Shown: positions 18,208-27,962, numbered from the stretch's first letter. The stretch: DNA of 64,000 nucleotides from an uncultured Erysipelotrichaceae bacterium (GCA_937900565.1 CALCFG010000136.1:513-64512); one strand, 5' to 3'. Translations and numbers: made by a program. The notes: generated by a model from the sequence alone, not told the origin.

Positions 18208-18244
18208 CGTCGGTCGCAATTCCCCGACGTTAAACAAAACAAGG
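18208..18244 (+). promoter_or_regulatory. preQ1-I riboswitch (translational, sequesters the SD)
   Basis: CGUCGGUCGCAAUUCCCCGACGUUAAACAAAACAAGG closely matches the T. tengcongensis aptamer CUGGGUCGCAGUAACCCCAGUUAACAAAACAAGG. It has the P1 hairpin plus an A-rich tail ending in the SD AAGGAG, directly before queT. Confidence 0.85.
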
Positions 18245-18253
18245 AGAGATAAA

Positions 18254-18760
18254 ATGAATACAAAAAAAATGGCCACGGTAGCAATGATTGCTGCAATTTA
18301 TGTGGGATTAACGGTGGTATTGGCCCCTATTTCATATGGACCAATTCAAGTTAGAATTAGTGAGATGTTAACGTTGTTACCAATATTTTATAGCCCAAGC
18401 ATAATTGGTGTTACATTGGGATGCTTTTTAGCTAATTTAGTTGGCGTGTTTATGGGGAGTAATGTATTGGGGGTATATGATATTTTTATTGGTACCATTG
18501 CTACATTAATTGCAGCAATCATTACTTATAAAACACGCAATGTACGAATTAAGAATTATCCTTGGTTAGCGATTGCTTCTCCAATAGTATTTAATGGTAT
18601 TATTATTGGTGCAGAATTAGCCTATGCATTTATGCCGGATACATTTATGGTAGGATGGTTAATTAATGGAGTACAAGTAGCGATTGGTGAAGCAATCGCG
18701 GTCATTGTGTTATATCCATTAGTTAAAGTTATCGTAAAACGATTAAATTTAAGTGAATAA
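18254..18760 (+). CDS. queT: queuosine-precursor transporter QueT (ECF S-component-like)
   Basis: 168 aa with five to six TM helices. N-terminus KKMATVAMIAAIYVGLTVVLAPISYGPIQVRISEML is typical of the family. preQ1 riboswitch immediately upstream. Confidence 0.75.
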   Translation: MNTKKMATVAMIAAIYVGLTVVLAPISYGPIQVRISEMLTLLPIFYSPSIIGVTLGCFLANLVGVFMGSNVLGVYDIFIGTIATLIAAIITYKTRNVRIKNYPWLAIASPIVFNGIIIGAELAYAFMPDTFMVGWLINGVQVAIGEAIAVIVLYPLVKVIVKRLNLSE

Positions 18761-18781
18761 ATAAAAATATAAGGAATTGTA

Positions 18782-18812
18782 AGCAGTAATCAATTATGGT
18801 TACTGTTTTTTT
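18782..18812 (+). terminator. terminator after queT
   Basis: CAGTAA-N10-TTACTG followed by T7. It overlaps the track ORF's upstream ATG, which supports the later tmk start. Confidence 0.5.
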
Positions 18813-18849
18813 AGAGTTTATGGTAGGTAGGCCTTATAATAGAAAAGGT

Positions 18850-19476
18850 ATGAGAAAAGGATTATTTATTACAGTGGAAGGATGCGATGGATGTGGTAAA
18901 TCCAGCGCAACACAATTAGTTGTACAATCATTAATGGATAAAGGATACGATGTGATTCATACCCGGGAACCAGGGGGAATTGATATTGCTGAACAAATTC
19001 GTTCAGTCATTTTAGATCCTAAAAACACGGATATGGAAAAACGATGCGAAGCATTATTGTATGCAGCGAGCAGAAGACAACATTTAGTACAGAAAGTATT
19101 ACCTGCATTAGCTGAAGGTAAAATCGTTGTCTGTGAACGCTTTGTTGATTCTTCCTTAGTCTATCAAGGATATGCGCGTGGTATTGGGATTGATGAAGTA
19201 TGGAATATTAATCAATTTGCCATAGAAAATCATATGCCAGATTTAACTTTGTTTATGGATGTGGATTATCAAGTAGGCCTAGAACGGATTGCCAATCGTA
19301 GCGGTAAGGATCGCCTTGATATTGAATCCAACGAGTTTCATCAAAAAGTTTACCAAGGGTATCAATTGGTATATGAAAAGTTTAAAGACCGTATGACATT
19401 AATTGATGCATCCAAACCGTTAAATCAAGTTGTAAGCGATATGGTTAGTGTGATTGAGGATAAGTTAAATGGATAA
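18850..19476 (+). CDS. tmk: thymidylate kinase
   Basis: GLFITVEGCDGCGKSS P-loop, TREPGG, DRF..SSLVYQG. Confidence 0.9.
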   Translation: MRKGLFITVEGCDGCGKSSATQLVVQSLMDKGYDVIHTREPGGIDIAEQIRSVILDPKNTDMEKRCEALLYAASRRQHLVQKVLPALAEGKIVVCERFVDSSLVYQGYARGIGIDEVWNINQFAIENHMPDLTLFMDVDYQVGLERIANRSGKDRLDIESNEFHQKVYQGYQLVYEKFKDRMTLIDASKPLNQVVSDMVSVIEDKLNG

Positions 19477-20422
19477 GCAAAGCTTATTGCAAAGTCAGCA
19501 TGTTGCTTCCAATGTACTAAGTAAAGCGTTACTAACGAATAAATTAAGTCATGCTTACTTATTTGCAGGTCCGCAAGGATGCAATAAGAAAGATTTTGCA
19601 TTGCTTGTTGCGCAATCGTTTGTGTGTCAAAACAGTGACACACAAGGTTTTGCGTGTCAAAAATGTCCTAGTTGCTTACGTATACAAGATGGTAATTATG
19701 GCGATTTATTTGTGTTGGATAAATCCAATAGTACGGGGAGTAAGCAAATTTTAAAAGATGATATTCAACATTTACAACAATTCTTTGAAAATACCGCTAT
19801 TGAAGCCAGTGGGAAACGTGTTTATATTATTCATAATGTTGAAAACTCAACCAGTGAAGCATTAAATAGTTTATTAAAATTTCTAGAAGAACCAAGAAAT
19901 AATATTTTAGCGATATTGACTTGTTCCAGTGTGGAAGCGGTGCTTCCTACCATTGTTTCCAGATGCCAAGTTATTCATTTTCATAAAAATGCTCCTATTG
20001 TTAATTTAGAGAAACCATGGCAAGTATACTTAGCGAGCCATTGTGTATTGGATGAAACAATTGATGAATTAATGGATAATAAAGCATTCAATAGTGCATT
20101 GGATGCTTTGGATATATTTATGAAAGCGAATCGCTACACATTGGATGAAATAATTATTTCCATTGAAAAAGATTTAGTGATTGATAATAAAAATAAAGCA
20201 AGTTTAACTTACTTTTTTGAATGTTTATATCATATCTATCGGCTTAAGTTGAGCAATAATAGCTTATTTATGCATTATTTTGCTAAAATAGAATTGTTTT
20301 TAAATAATCCAAGTAATGGATTATTAATATTAAGACAAGGTGCTTTAAAAAGCACGAAAACATATTATATGCCATTAGTTTATGAGGAAACGATGTTGGC
20401 ATTGAAGAAGGAGTTAGTATGA
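19469..20422 (+). CDS. holB: DNA polymerase III delta' subunit
   Basis: LSHAYLFAGPQGCNKKDFA, C-x-x-C zinc module CQKCPSCLRI, LLKFLEEP. Synteny after tmk. Confidence 0.85.
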   Translation: MDKQSLLQSQHVASNVLSKALLTNKLSHAYLFAGPQGCNKKDFALLVAQSFVCQNSDTQGFACQKCPSCLRIQDGNYGDLFVLDKSNSTGSKQILKDDIQHLQQFFENTAIEASGKRVYIIHNVENSTSEALNSLLKFLEEPRNNILAILTCSSVEAVLPTIVSRCQVIHFHKNAPIVNLEKPWQVYLASHCVLDETIDELMDNKAFNSALDALDIFMKANRYTLDEIIISIEKDLVIDNKNKASLTYFFECLYHIYRLKLSNNSLFMHYFAKIELFLNNPSNGLLILRQGALKSTKTYYMPLVYEETMLALKKELV

Positions 20423-21693
20423 ATTATGTAGCGGTTCATTTTGAAAATGAATCTTTAAAGTATACATTTGCAACAGATTATACCCAACTTAAAAACGAAC
20501 AGGCGGTTGTAGTGGATACGGCCAGTGGGTATGAACTTGCATTTGTGGCTGGACCTGTCCTTGGGGAAAACGAAGCAAAATTACCTCAAGATAAAGAAAT
20601 CAAGCAATTGATTCGTATTGCAAGCGAAGAAGATATTGCGCAATATCAATCCAATAAAGAAGCAGCGAAAGAAGCGATGAGTATTGTTAGTCATTGCATT
20701 GAACAATGCCAATTGGAAATGGATTTAGTGGCAACGAATTATAATTTAGATCGTTCTAAGATTTTAATTACGTATGTTGCTGAACATCGTGTCGATTTTA
20801 GAGAATTATTAAAAGTATTAAATATAGAATTAAGATGCCGTGTAGAATTACGTCAGATTGCCATTCGGCAACGGGCGAAATTTATTGGCGGTATTGGACC
20901 GTGCGGCAGACCGTTATGTTGTGCGACATTCTTAAATGACTTTCAAAGCGTATCAATTAATTTAGCGAAGAATCAAGGATTAAGTTTAAATGCGTCCAAG
21001 TTAACAGGACAATGTGGCAAATTAAAATGTTGCCTGCGTTATGAAGATGACATTTACACAGAATTAAACCAAGGATTACCGAAATTAAATAGCTGGGTAG
21101 AATTTGAAGGTGAAAAGTTTAAAGTAGCTTCAATGAATCTATTAAGTAATTACGTCCGTTTGGATAATCCATTAAAATCCAAGATGATTACTGTGGATGA
21201 ATTAAGGGAACATGCTGTACCGACACAACGGTTAACTAAGAAAGCCATTAATGAAATTAAAGAAAGTGGCGGTCACCGTATCAGTAAGGATGTTACGGTT
21301 TCTCAAGCATTAAAAGATAATGAAGCAGCGAAAGAAGCTTCTAAGCTTGCTAAGCCAATTAAAGCAACCCCAAGCTATACACAATCAGTTAATATTGATC
21401 AAGAAAAACCAGCTAAGACAAAAACGGTGAATAAAGGTAGTGAAACACGGGTATTCAAGGCAAAAGAATCTAAAAAGCCAGTAACACATACAACGAGTAA
21501 ATCGACGAATAGTGAAAGTAAATCCGATAATAAGCGTGTATTTAAGAAAAAACAAACTGGCAATCAAATACCTAATAAACCGGTAAATAATACGAAAAAT
21601 ACTACGCACAATAACAGCAATAAGCGTACTTTTAAGAAGAAATCGGTTGGAACAGATACTATTCGGATTATTGAAGAACATGAAGCAGATTAG
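20419..21693 (+). CDS. ricT: PSP1-domain protein RicT/YaaT with a ~150-aa basic low-complexity C-terminal extension
   Basis: Cysteine cluster GPCGRPLCCATFL...GQCGKLKCCLRYE. Synteny holB-yaaT. The tail is rich in K/N/T/S with three (K)R(V/T)FK(A/K)K repeats. Confidence 0.85.
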   Translation: MNYVAVHFENESLKYTFATDYTQLKNEQAVVVDTASGYELAFVAGPVLGENEAKLPQDKEIKQLIRIASEEDIAQYQSNKEAAKEAMSIVSHCIEQCQLEMDLVATNYNLDRSKILITYVAEHRVDFRELLKVLNIELRCRVELRQIAIRQRAKFIGGIGPCGRPLCCATFLNDFQSVSINLAKNQGLSLNASKLTGQCGKLKCCLRYEDDIYTELNQGLPKLNSWVEFEGEKFKVASMNLLSNYVRLDNPLKSKMITVDELREHAVPTQRLTKKAINEIKESGGHRISKDVTVSQALKDNEAAKEASKLAKPIKATPSYTQSVNIDQEKPAKTKTVNKGSETRVFKAKESKKPVTHTTSKSTNSESKSDNKRVFKKKQTGNQIPNKPVNNTKNTTHNNSNKRTFKKKSVGTDTIRIIEEHEAD

Positions 21694-22528
21694 TTATCAA
21701 AAAGATCAAGCAACACTTTATCTTGTACCAACACCAATTGGTAATAAAGCAGATATGACCAATCGTTGTTGTGAAGTGTTGCAATGTGTCGATATTATCG
21801 CTTGCGAAGATAAACGTGTAAGCGTAAAACTATTGGATTCATTAGGGGTTCATAAACCATTAATGGTGAATCAAAAGTTTAATGAAGACAGTAATGTGGA
21901 AACATTCATGCAATTATTGGATGAAGGTAAAAGCATTGCCCTTATATCCGACGCAGGTATGCCATGTATTTCTGATCCAGGCTATACAATTGTGTATCAA
22001 TTAGTGAATAAGGGTTACAATGTTGTCCCTTTACCGGGTGCCAATGCCGCTTTAACGGCATTAATGGCATCGGGTATTGATAGTGCGCGGTTTACTTTTA
22101 TTGGCTTTTTACCAGCCAATAAAAGTGGACGGGAAAAAGAATTAACCCTACTAAAAGATAGAAGTGAAACATTAATCTTTTATGAAGCGGTACACCGGAT
22201 AATGGAAACATTACGAAGTATGTTGGAAGTGTTGGGCGATCGCAACGTATGCGTAGCAAGAGAACTCACTAAACTGCATGAAACGATTTATCGGGGCAAG
22301 TTAAGTGAAATTATTGAACAGATGGATGTAAAAGGGGAATATGTCATAGTGGTTGAAGGGAATAGTGAAGTAAACAAAGAAAGTACTTCCATTGATGTGA
22401 CTACTTGCATCAAGCTGTTATTGGATGAAGGCATTAGTGTTAAAAGTGCAAGTAAAGTCGCTGCTGCATTGACGGGTATTCCAAAAAATCAATGTTATCA
22501 AATGGCCAGTGAATTCAATAAGTCATAA
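21680..22528 (+). CDS. rsmI: 16S rRNA (cytidine1402-2'-O)-methyltransferase
   Basis: LYLVPTPIGN, ACEDKR, SDAGMPCISDPG motifs. Confidence 0.85.
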   Translation: MKQISYQKDQATLYLVPTPIGNKADMTNRCCEVLQCVDIIACEDKRVSVKLLDSLGVHKPLMVNQKFNEDSNVETFMQLLDEGKSIALISDAGMPCISDPGYTIVYQLVNKGYNVVPLPGANAALTALMASGIDSARFTFIGFLPANKSGREKELTLLKDRSETLIFYEAVHRIMETLRSMLEVLGDRNVCVARELTKLHETIYRGKLSEIIEQMDVKGEYVIVVEGNSEVNKESTSIDVTTCIKLLLDEGISVKSASKVAAALTGIPKNQCYQMASEFNKS

Positions 22529-22529
22529 T

Positions 22530-22551
22530 AAAGTGGCAATGCCACTTTTTA
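22530..22551 (+). terminator. terminator after rsmI
   Basis: AGTGGC-AAT-GCCACT followed by T5. Confidence 0.55.
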
Positions 22552-22661
22552 GTTTAGGTAAATGTACCTGAATTATTAAAAGATATATTAAGGAATAAAG
22601 CGTAAGTTTAAAGCCTTTTCGCTAACGTGTTAAAATGGTAGATATTGAAAGGAAACATAGT

Positions 22662-23411
22662 ATGAAACGTTTAGCTATAAGTTTATGCGCGGCGTTAATG
22701 TTAACTGGTTGCGCAGGTAAAGAAATTAGTTTGGAAAAAGCATTATCAATTGCTGAAAATGCGGCGCAATGCGAAAATAATTGCAATATTATCAATCAAC
22801 AAAGGAATGACGATGGATTCTATTTTGAAATTGATAAAGCAGGGGAATCGATCCAAGTGCGATTGGATGATGATGGTGATGTTGAAGCCATTGAAAAACG
22901 TCAAGCAACGGAAAATACCACTACCAATGATATATCATCGACACCTAACAGTGCCCAATCTTCAACGAATCAACAGTCAGATGGTTGTAATTATACCCAA
23001 CAAGAGTTAAGTGAAGTACTACCACAATCTATCTTGGATTCACTTGGACTAAGTTTTGATACAATATGTAACTTGAGTGTTACCCAAGAAGAAGATGATG
23101 GCAGAATATATGATAAGATTCAATTTCATAGTAACCAACGACGTTACAAATTTGAACTCTATCAAAATGTATTAGTGGAATTCAATTGCTTTATCGCTAA
23201 TAAATACTATGAAGCAGGTAATTTAAGTCAAGATGAAGCATTAGCGATTGCTTATGAAATGACGCAATCAACGCAAGAAAATAGTAAAATATTTGAAGCA
23301 GAATACGATGCTGTTAGCCATGAATATGAATTTGAAGGTAATTTTAATGGTCGCTACGCGAGTGTTAGCGTGTATGATAATGGTGTCTTAAATGAATTGG
23401 AATGGAAATAG
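22662..23411 (+). CDS. hypothetical lipoprotein
   Basis: MKRLAISLCAALMLTGCAG lipobox. SD GAAAGGAAA. No known motif. Confidence 0.6.
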   Translation: MKRLAISLCAALMLTGCAGKEISLEKALSIAENAAQCENNCNIINQQRNDDGFYFEIDKAGESIQVRLDDDGDVEAIEKRQATENTTTNDISSTPNSAQSSTNQQSDGCNYTQQELSEVLPQSILDSLGLSFDTICNLSVTQEEDDGRIYDKIQFHSNQRRYKFELYQNVLVEFNCFIANKYYEAGNLSQDEALAIAYEMTQSTQENSKIFEAEYDAVSHEYEFEGNFNGRYASVSVYDNGVLNELEWK

Positions 23412-23415
23412 GAAT

Positions 23416-24744
23416 ATGCGTTTATATAATTCAAAAACTGGTAAGGTTGAATTATTTCAACCAATGGATGAAAAATTAGTCAAAATGTATGTGTGTGGAC
23501 CTACTGTTTATAACCATGCACATATTGGTAATGCCCGACCCATTGTCGTATTTGATACATTAGCACGTGTAATTCGTGCTAATGGATATGATTTACATTA
23601 TGTATCTAACTTTACGGATGTGGATGATAAAATCATTAATAAGGCCATTGATGAAGGGGTGGATGAAAAAGTTATTTCTACTCGCTACATTGATGCGTAC
23701 AATGCCCTAAGAAATCAATTGCAATGTGAAGCGTTGTATGCGACACCAAAAGTTACCGATACAATGGATGAAATTATTAGTTATATTGATGATTTAGTAA
23801 AATCAGGTAATGCTTATAATGTGAATGGTAATGTTTATTTTGACGTTTTAAAATGTCCAAGCTATGGATGTGTATCTCGTCAAAATTTAGCGGATTTGGA
23901 AGCTGGGGCTCGTATTGAAACAAGTGATGAAAAACACAGTCCGTATGACTTTGTTTTATGGAAAAAAACTGATAAAGGAATTCAATGGGACAGTCCATGG
24001 GGAAAAGGAAGACCAGGTTGGCATACTGAATGTGTGGTAATGATTCAAGATAACTTAGGTGGTCAAGTTGATATTCATGGGGGTGGAGCGGATTTAAGAT
24101 TCCCACACCATGAAAATGAACAAGCACAATGTGTGTGTCATTCAAATCATGATTTAGCAAATTATTGGGTACATAATGCCATGATTAATTTGGATGGTGT
24201 TAAGATGAGTAAATCTTTGGGAAATATTTTATGGGCTAAAGATATTGTTGCTCAATTGGGTGCGAATTTATTCCGATGGATTATTTTATCAACGCATTAT
24301 CGTGGGACATTAAACTTCTCAGAAGAAGTTGTGGAATCCAGTCGTAAAGAATTGGATAAAATTACTACACCTTTACGACAAGCTAACTTACAACTTCAAG
24401 TAAGTGGTTACAGTAGCGATGAGTATGATAAAGATAGTTATGATGCATTTTTAAATGAAATGAGTGACGACTTAAATACACCAAATGCAATGACTGTGAT
24501 TTTTGATACAGTGAAAAAGTTAAACGCAGCTTTACGAGTTAAAGAAAAAGATAACGGTATTATCTCGGCCTACTTTAATAGTATTAATAAAATGTTAGCT
24601 GTTTTAGGAATCTTTATTGAATTGCCGAAATTTACCTTGGAACAATTGGATTTATATAATCAATGGAATCAAGCCAAAGCGAATAAAGATTTTGAATTGG
24701 CCGATACTTTAAGAGCACAACTCGTCGACCAACACATTTTATGA
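23416..24744 (+). CDS. cysS: cysteine--tRNA ligase
   Basis: MRLYNSKTGK..., HIGN signature (NHAHIGNARP), KMSKSLGN. Confidence 0.92.
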   Translation: MRLYNSKTGKVELFQPMDEKLVKMYVCGPTVYNHAHIGNARPIVVFDTLARVIRANGYDLHYVSNFTDVDDKIINKAIDEGVDEKVISTRYIDAYNALRNQLQCEALYATPKVTDTMDEIISYIDDLVKSGNAYNVNGNVYFDVLKCPSYGCVSRQNLADLEAGARIETSDEKHSPYDFVLWKKTDKGIQWDSPWGKGRPGWHTECVVMIQDNLGGQVDIHGGGADLRFPHHENEQAQCVCHSNHDLANYWVHNAMINLDGVKMSKSLGNILWAKDIVAQLGANLFRWIILSTHYRGTLNFSEEVVESSRKELDKITTPLRQANLQLQVSGYSSDEYDKDSYDAFLNEMSDDLNTPNAMTVIFDTVKKLNAALRVKEKDNGIISAYFNSINKMLAVLGIFIELPKFTLEQLDLYNQWNQAKANKDFELADTLRAQLVDQHIL

Positions 24745-25130
24745 TGCATACGGGAAGAGAATATGCATTTATTGGTGATGCCGTTTGGGGACTAAAAATA
24801 AAGTTGCGCCTTGTTGAAAGTAATATTAATTTGGGTAAAGATATTAACATTGCTACAGCGTATTACTTAAGTGCTAGTGCGCAAGCAAGCCTATTTCAAC
24901 GCTTATATAAAGACCATTTTTTTAGCGAAATTGAGCAAACTATCTATAAAAAAGGAAGAAATATTAAAGTAACCAAGCGAAATTCTCATGAAAATATCAC
25001 CATATATCGATGTGCCAGCGGATTTGAAGCCATTATTGGCTATTTGTATATGGAAAATCAATGCGAACGTATTGATGAAATTATTGATATTATGATGCAA
25101 GAAAATAAAAATGAAAGCGAAAGTATTTAA
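24741..25130 (+). CDS. mrnC: mini-ribonuclease III
   Basis: FIGDAVW motif, about 130 aa, ATGA overlap with cysS, conserved cysS-mrnC-rlmB synteny. Confidence 0.75.
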   Translation: MMHTGREYAFIGDAVWGLKIKLRLVESNINLGKDINIATAYYLSASAQASLFQRLYKDHFFSEIEQTIYKKGRNIKVTKRNSHENITIYRCASGFEAIIGYLYMENQCERIDEIIDIMMQENKNESESI

Positions 25131-25159
25131 AACACTATGGGAAGGGAGAAACAATAATT

Positions 25160-25915
25160 ATGCCACAATGGATTTATGGAAAGAATACGGTTCGAAGCGC
25201 TTTAGAAAGTAATAAAGGCATTGAATCGTTAATGTTGGTGAATCAAGATTTAAAATTCATTGCATTGGCTAATCGTAATCACATTCCGATTGAGTATATT
25301 TCCGCAAAACAAGCCAATAAATTAAGCAATAACGGCAACCATCAAGGGGTATTGGCCAGAATGAAAGATTATGCTTACGTATCCTTGGATTCATTAATTC
25401 AAAATAATAAGGATAATCCCTATTCGACTTTAGTACTATGTGATGGTATTGAAGATCCCCATAACTTGGGTGCTATCTTAAGGGTGTGTGATGCCTGTGG
25501 ATTTAATGGAGTCATTATTAAACAAGACCGCAATGTTGGTTTGAATGCAACGGTAGCTAAAGTTAGTGTTGGGGCCATTGAATCCGTCCCAGTCGCTTGT
25601 GTGAATAGCATGAATACTTGCATTCAAACATTAAAAGATAATGGGTATTGGATCGTTACCACTACATTGGATAGTGAAAGTGTGGATTACCGCGCCGTTA
25701 ATTACGATACAAAGATTGTATTGGTGTTGGGTAATGAAGGTAAGGGGGTTTCCAGTCTGGTCGCTAAACGCTCTGATTGGAAAGTTATATTACCAATGCA
25801 TGGTATTGTGGATAGTTTAAATGTATCGTGTGCTTTTGCAGCAATGGGTTATGAAATATTAAACCAACGCTTTCCATATAGGGGGAAAGCGTCATGCAAA
25901 ACGACTTTGAAATAA
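25160..25915 (+). CDS. rlmB: 23S rRNA (guanosine-2'-O)-methyltransferase, TrmH/SpoU family
   Basis: IYGKN.V..AL N-terminus, DGIEDPHNLGAILR, LVLGNEGKG, SLNVS motifs. Confidence 0.85.
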   Translation: MPQWIYGKNTVRSALESNKGIESLMLVNQDLKFIALANRNHIPIEYISAKQANKLSNNGNHQGVLARMKDYAYVSLDSLIQNNKDNPYSTLVLCDGIEDPHNLGAILRVCDACGFNGVIIKQDRNVGLNATVAKVSVGAIESVPVACVNSMNTCIQTLKDNGYWIVTTTLDSESVDYRAVNYDTKIVLVLGNEGKGVSSLVAKRSDWKVILPMHGIVDSLNVSCAFAAMGYEILNQRFPYRGKASCKTTLK

Positions 25916-26451
25916 TTTATTATTGTATATTAAACGACGATGTAGCATTAAACCTGTACTTGGATAACTTTACCAAGTACTTATGGGGCATGCTACATCG
26001 TATTGTTTTTCGGGCTGAACGAAGAAATGAAATCTATGAGATGGGTGCCTATGATTTATTGATTGATTTACTTTATACTGTTTCTTTCCTTCGTACAAAA
26101 AATGTTAAAGCATTCTTTTCAAGTGCGTTAGCGCATGAAATAAAACGAATTAACAGTAAATTAAGTATTAAAGACGCCAAAAGTTGTTATATGGATGATA
26201 GTGAATCGTATGCATCAATTGTTGCTTCAGTATACTTAAGGGATGATGAAGATCCATGTGTCATTGATTATCGGAAAACATTAATTGATCACGTATATGA
26301 AGTGATGAATTATAACTTAAGCAGTAAGCAACAACGAGCCATTGAAAACTGCATTGCCGGTAAAGATGAGCAAGGATTTAAAGATTATCGCTCCTATCAA
26401 AATGCCTTGTATCAAGCCCGTAAAAAGATTAAAGAATCCATGAATGATTAA
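25894..26451 (+). CDS. divergent SigH/ComX-like alternative sigma factor (tentative)
   Basis: Occupies the sigH position downstream of cysS-mrnC-rlmB. Strong SD GGGGGAAAG. The C-terminal LSSKQQRAIENCIAG...YQARKKIKE resembles the region-4 HTH (LSSKERQLF...IRKIR) of staphylococcal SigH. Confidence 0.45.
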   Translation: MQNDFEIIYYCILNDDVALNLYLDNFTKYLWGMLHRIVFRAERRNEIYEMGAYDLLIDLLYTVSFLRTKNVKAFFSSALAHEIKRINSKLSIKDAKSCYMDDSESYASIVASVYLRDDEDPCVIDYRKTLIDHVYEVMNYNLSSKQQRAIENCIAGKDEQGFKDYRSYQNALYQARKKIKESMND

Positions 26452-27008
26452 GTATTATCAGGGTAAATAATTCGTTCAATAATGTGAATAAAAGCATCCA
26501 ATGATGTATCTTGTTTACGCAAATAAATAAAGAAATAATCGACTATAAATTGGGCAAACTGTTCTTTACTTAAATCATCATTGAATAAATGGTTATCAAT
26601 GGAATCATCAGCATTGATTAAATAGATAACAAATTGCTTTAAATCCTGTTGCATTAGTGCTAATTGTTGATTATTAAATACTTCTATTGAAGATAAACAA
26701 TTTAATAAAGACCCTAAAGAAGCATCCAAACTAATCTTAATAATGCGATACAGTAGTGGTAAAGCTTCCACTAGTGGATAACCATAACATTGTGTCTTGA
26801 TTGTGCGATACACATCTTGCCAATAACTTTGCGTTAACGCAATTAACAATTCGTCTTTATTTTTGAAATAATTATAAATTGTTCCTACGGACACATGAGC
26901 GTTATTGGCAAGATTCCGTATATTTATTGCATCTACACCCCGCGTAGATGCAATTGTATGCGCACAATCAATCAAACTTGTATATAACGTATCATCCTTA
27001 GTTCGCAT
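26448..27008 (-). CDS. TetR/AcrR-family transcriptional regulator
   Basis: N-terminal HTH GVDAINIRNLANNAHVSVGTIYNYFKNKDEL. SD GGTGAGGAA. Confidence 0.85.
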   Translation of the reverse strand: MRTKDDTLYTSLIDCAHTIASTRGVDAINIRNLANNAHVSVGTIYNYFKNKDELLIALTQSYWQDVYRTIKTQCYGYPLVEALPLLYRIIKISLDASLGSLLNCLSSIEVFNNQQLALMQQDLKQFVIYLINADDSIDNHLFNDDLSKEQFAQFIVDYFFIYLRKQDTSLDAFIHIIERIIYPDNT

Positions 27009-27319
27009 TAGTATTCCTCACCATTCTTATCTTGCACATGTTTACTTACATTATAGCGAACAAAGGATGATTCGATAATAGTTAATATTATCCATATGAT
27101 CCATCGGATCAATGAGCGTTTATAAAAAGTTTGGTAACAATGAGTTATCAAAACATTAATTGGAATAAATCTTATATCGTCTTCATTTAAGACGTATTTA
27201 TAGTATTTATTCTTTGCCAAATTAAAAGCAGAAAATTCAAATCTATCTAAATAGCTAATCCTGAATTTTAAACCTTAGAAGGTGTTACAAAACATCCCTT
27301 TGACACTGCATATTTTTAC

Positions 27320-27361
27320 AATAAAAGCTTTTGATTAATTTAACTAACAATTTTGTTAAAT
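27320..27361 (+). repeat. direct repeat copy A flanking the TA cassette
   Basis: AATAAAA-GC-CTTTTGATTAATT-..CTAA..TTTGTTAAA. The 13-nt core CTTTTGATTAATT is at 27328-27340. Confidence 0.6.
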
Positions 27362-27672
27362 TATTTCAACGATTGAATATAATCTCTTTTGGCATAAACT
27401 ACACGAGCTATTGTCACAAGCTGTTTGTTTTCATCTACCCAATAGAACATTAGATAATTTTTTACAATGATTTTTCCGTACTCGTGATTTAGTGGCTGAG
27501 TGGTTTGATAGACACGATTTGCATAAGGGAAAGTAAGTACACTTTCTGCTGCATTAAAAAAATCAATAGCCAAAAGATCTGCGGCGTTAGGGTTCTTTAG
27601 TTCAAAGCTTATATAGCGTACTATTTTTAGCATGTCTTGCTGAGCACTAGGTAAAAATTCTAATTTATACAT
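27361..27672 (-). CDS. type II toxin, RelE/ParE family
   Basis: 103 aa. YKLEFLPSAQQDM..I..YI start and FYWVDENKQLVTIARVVYAKRDY end are typical of ParE/RelE toxins. 1-nt overlap with the antitoxin gene. Confidence 0.75.
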   Translation of the reverse strand: MYKLEFLPSAQQDMLKIVRYISFELKNPNAADLLAIDFFNAAESVLTFPYANRVYQTTQPLNHEYGKIIVKNYLMFYWVDENKQLVTIARVVYAKRDYIQSLK

Positions 27673-27941
27673 TATTTTTCTCGGATTGCTGCTTTCATTG
27701 CTTTTAGGACTTCTTTGGACGAATAGCGTTGATCTGTTAGTTCCGCCTTTATCTCAGCTTCTCGTAGTTTGAAATATACTTCACTCTCAAATTGAAGTTT
27801 TTCAAAGGCATTCATACTCATGACAACCATATCACCATAACCATTCTTCGTTAAAAAAACAGGTTGTGAAGTTTCGTGCACAGTCTTAGAAATATCTGCA
27901 AAATTATTCCTTAAATCTGATACAGGTCTAATATTATTCAT
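27672..27941 (-). CDS. type II antitoxin, Phd/YefM family
   Basis: IRPVSDLRNNFADISKTVHETSQPVFLTKNGYGDMVVMSMNAFEKL is the canonical Phd/YefM N-domain. Confidence 0.8.
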   Translation of the reverse strand: MNNIRPVSDLRNNFADISKTVHETSQPVFLTKNGYGDMVVMSMNAFEKLQFESEVYFKLREAEIKAELTDQRYSSKEVLKAMKAAIREK

Positions 27942-27962
27942 ACTATTTCTCCTTTAGTAAAT

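Noticed and set aside
23392-23415. T-box leader upstream of cysS
   Set aside because: Only 4 nt separate cysS from the preceding lipoprotein gene. There is no room for a leader, so cysS is probably co-transcribed.
27008-27220. 70-aa ORF upstream of the TetR gene
   Set aside because: It has a TTG start without an SD and an odd composition. It occupies the region where the TetR promoter is expected.
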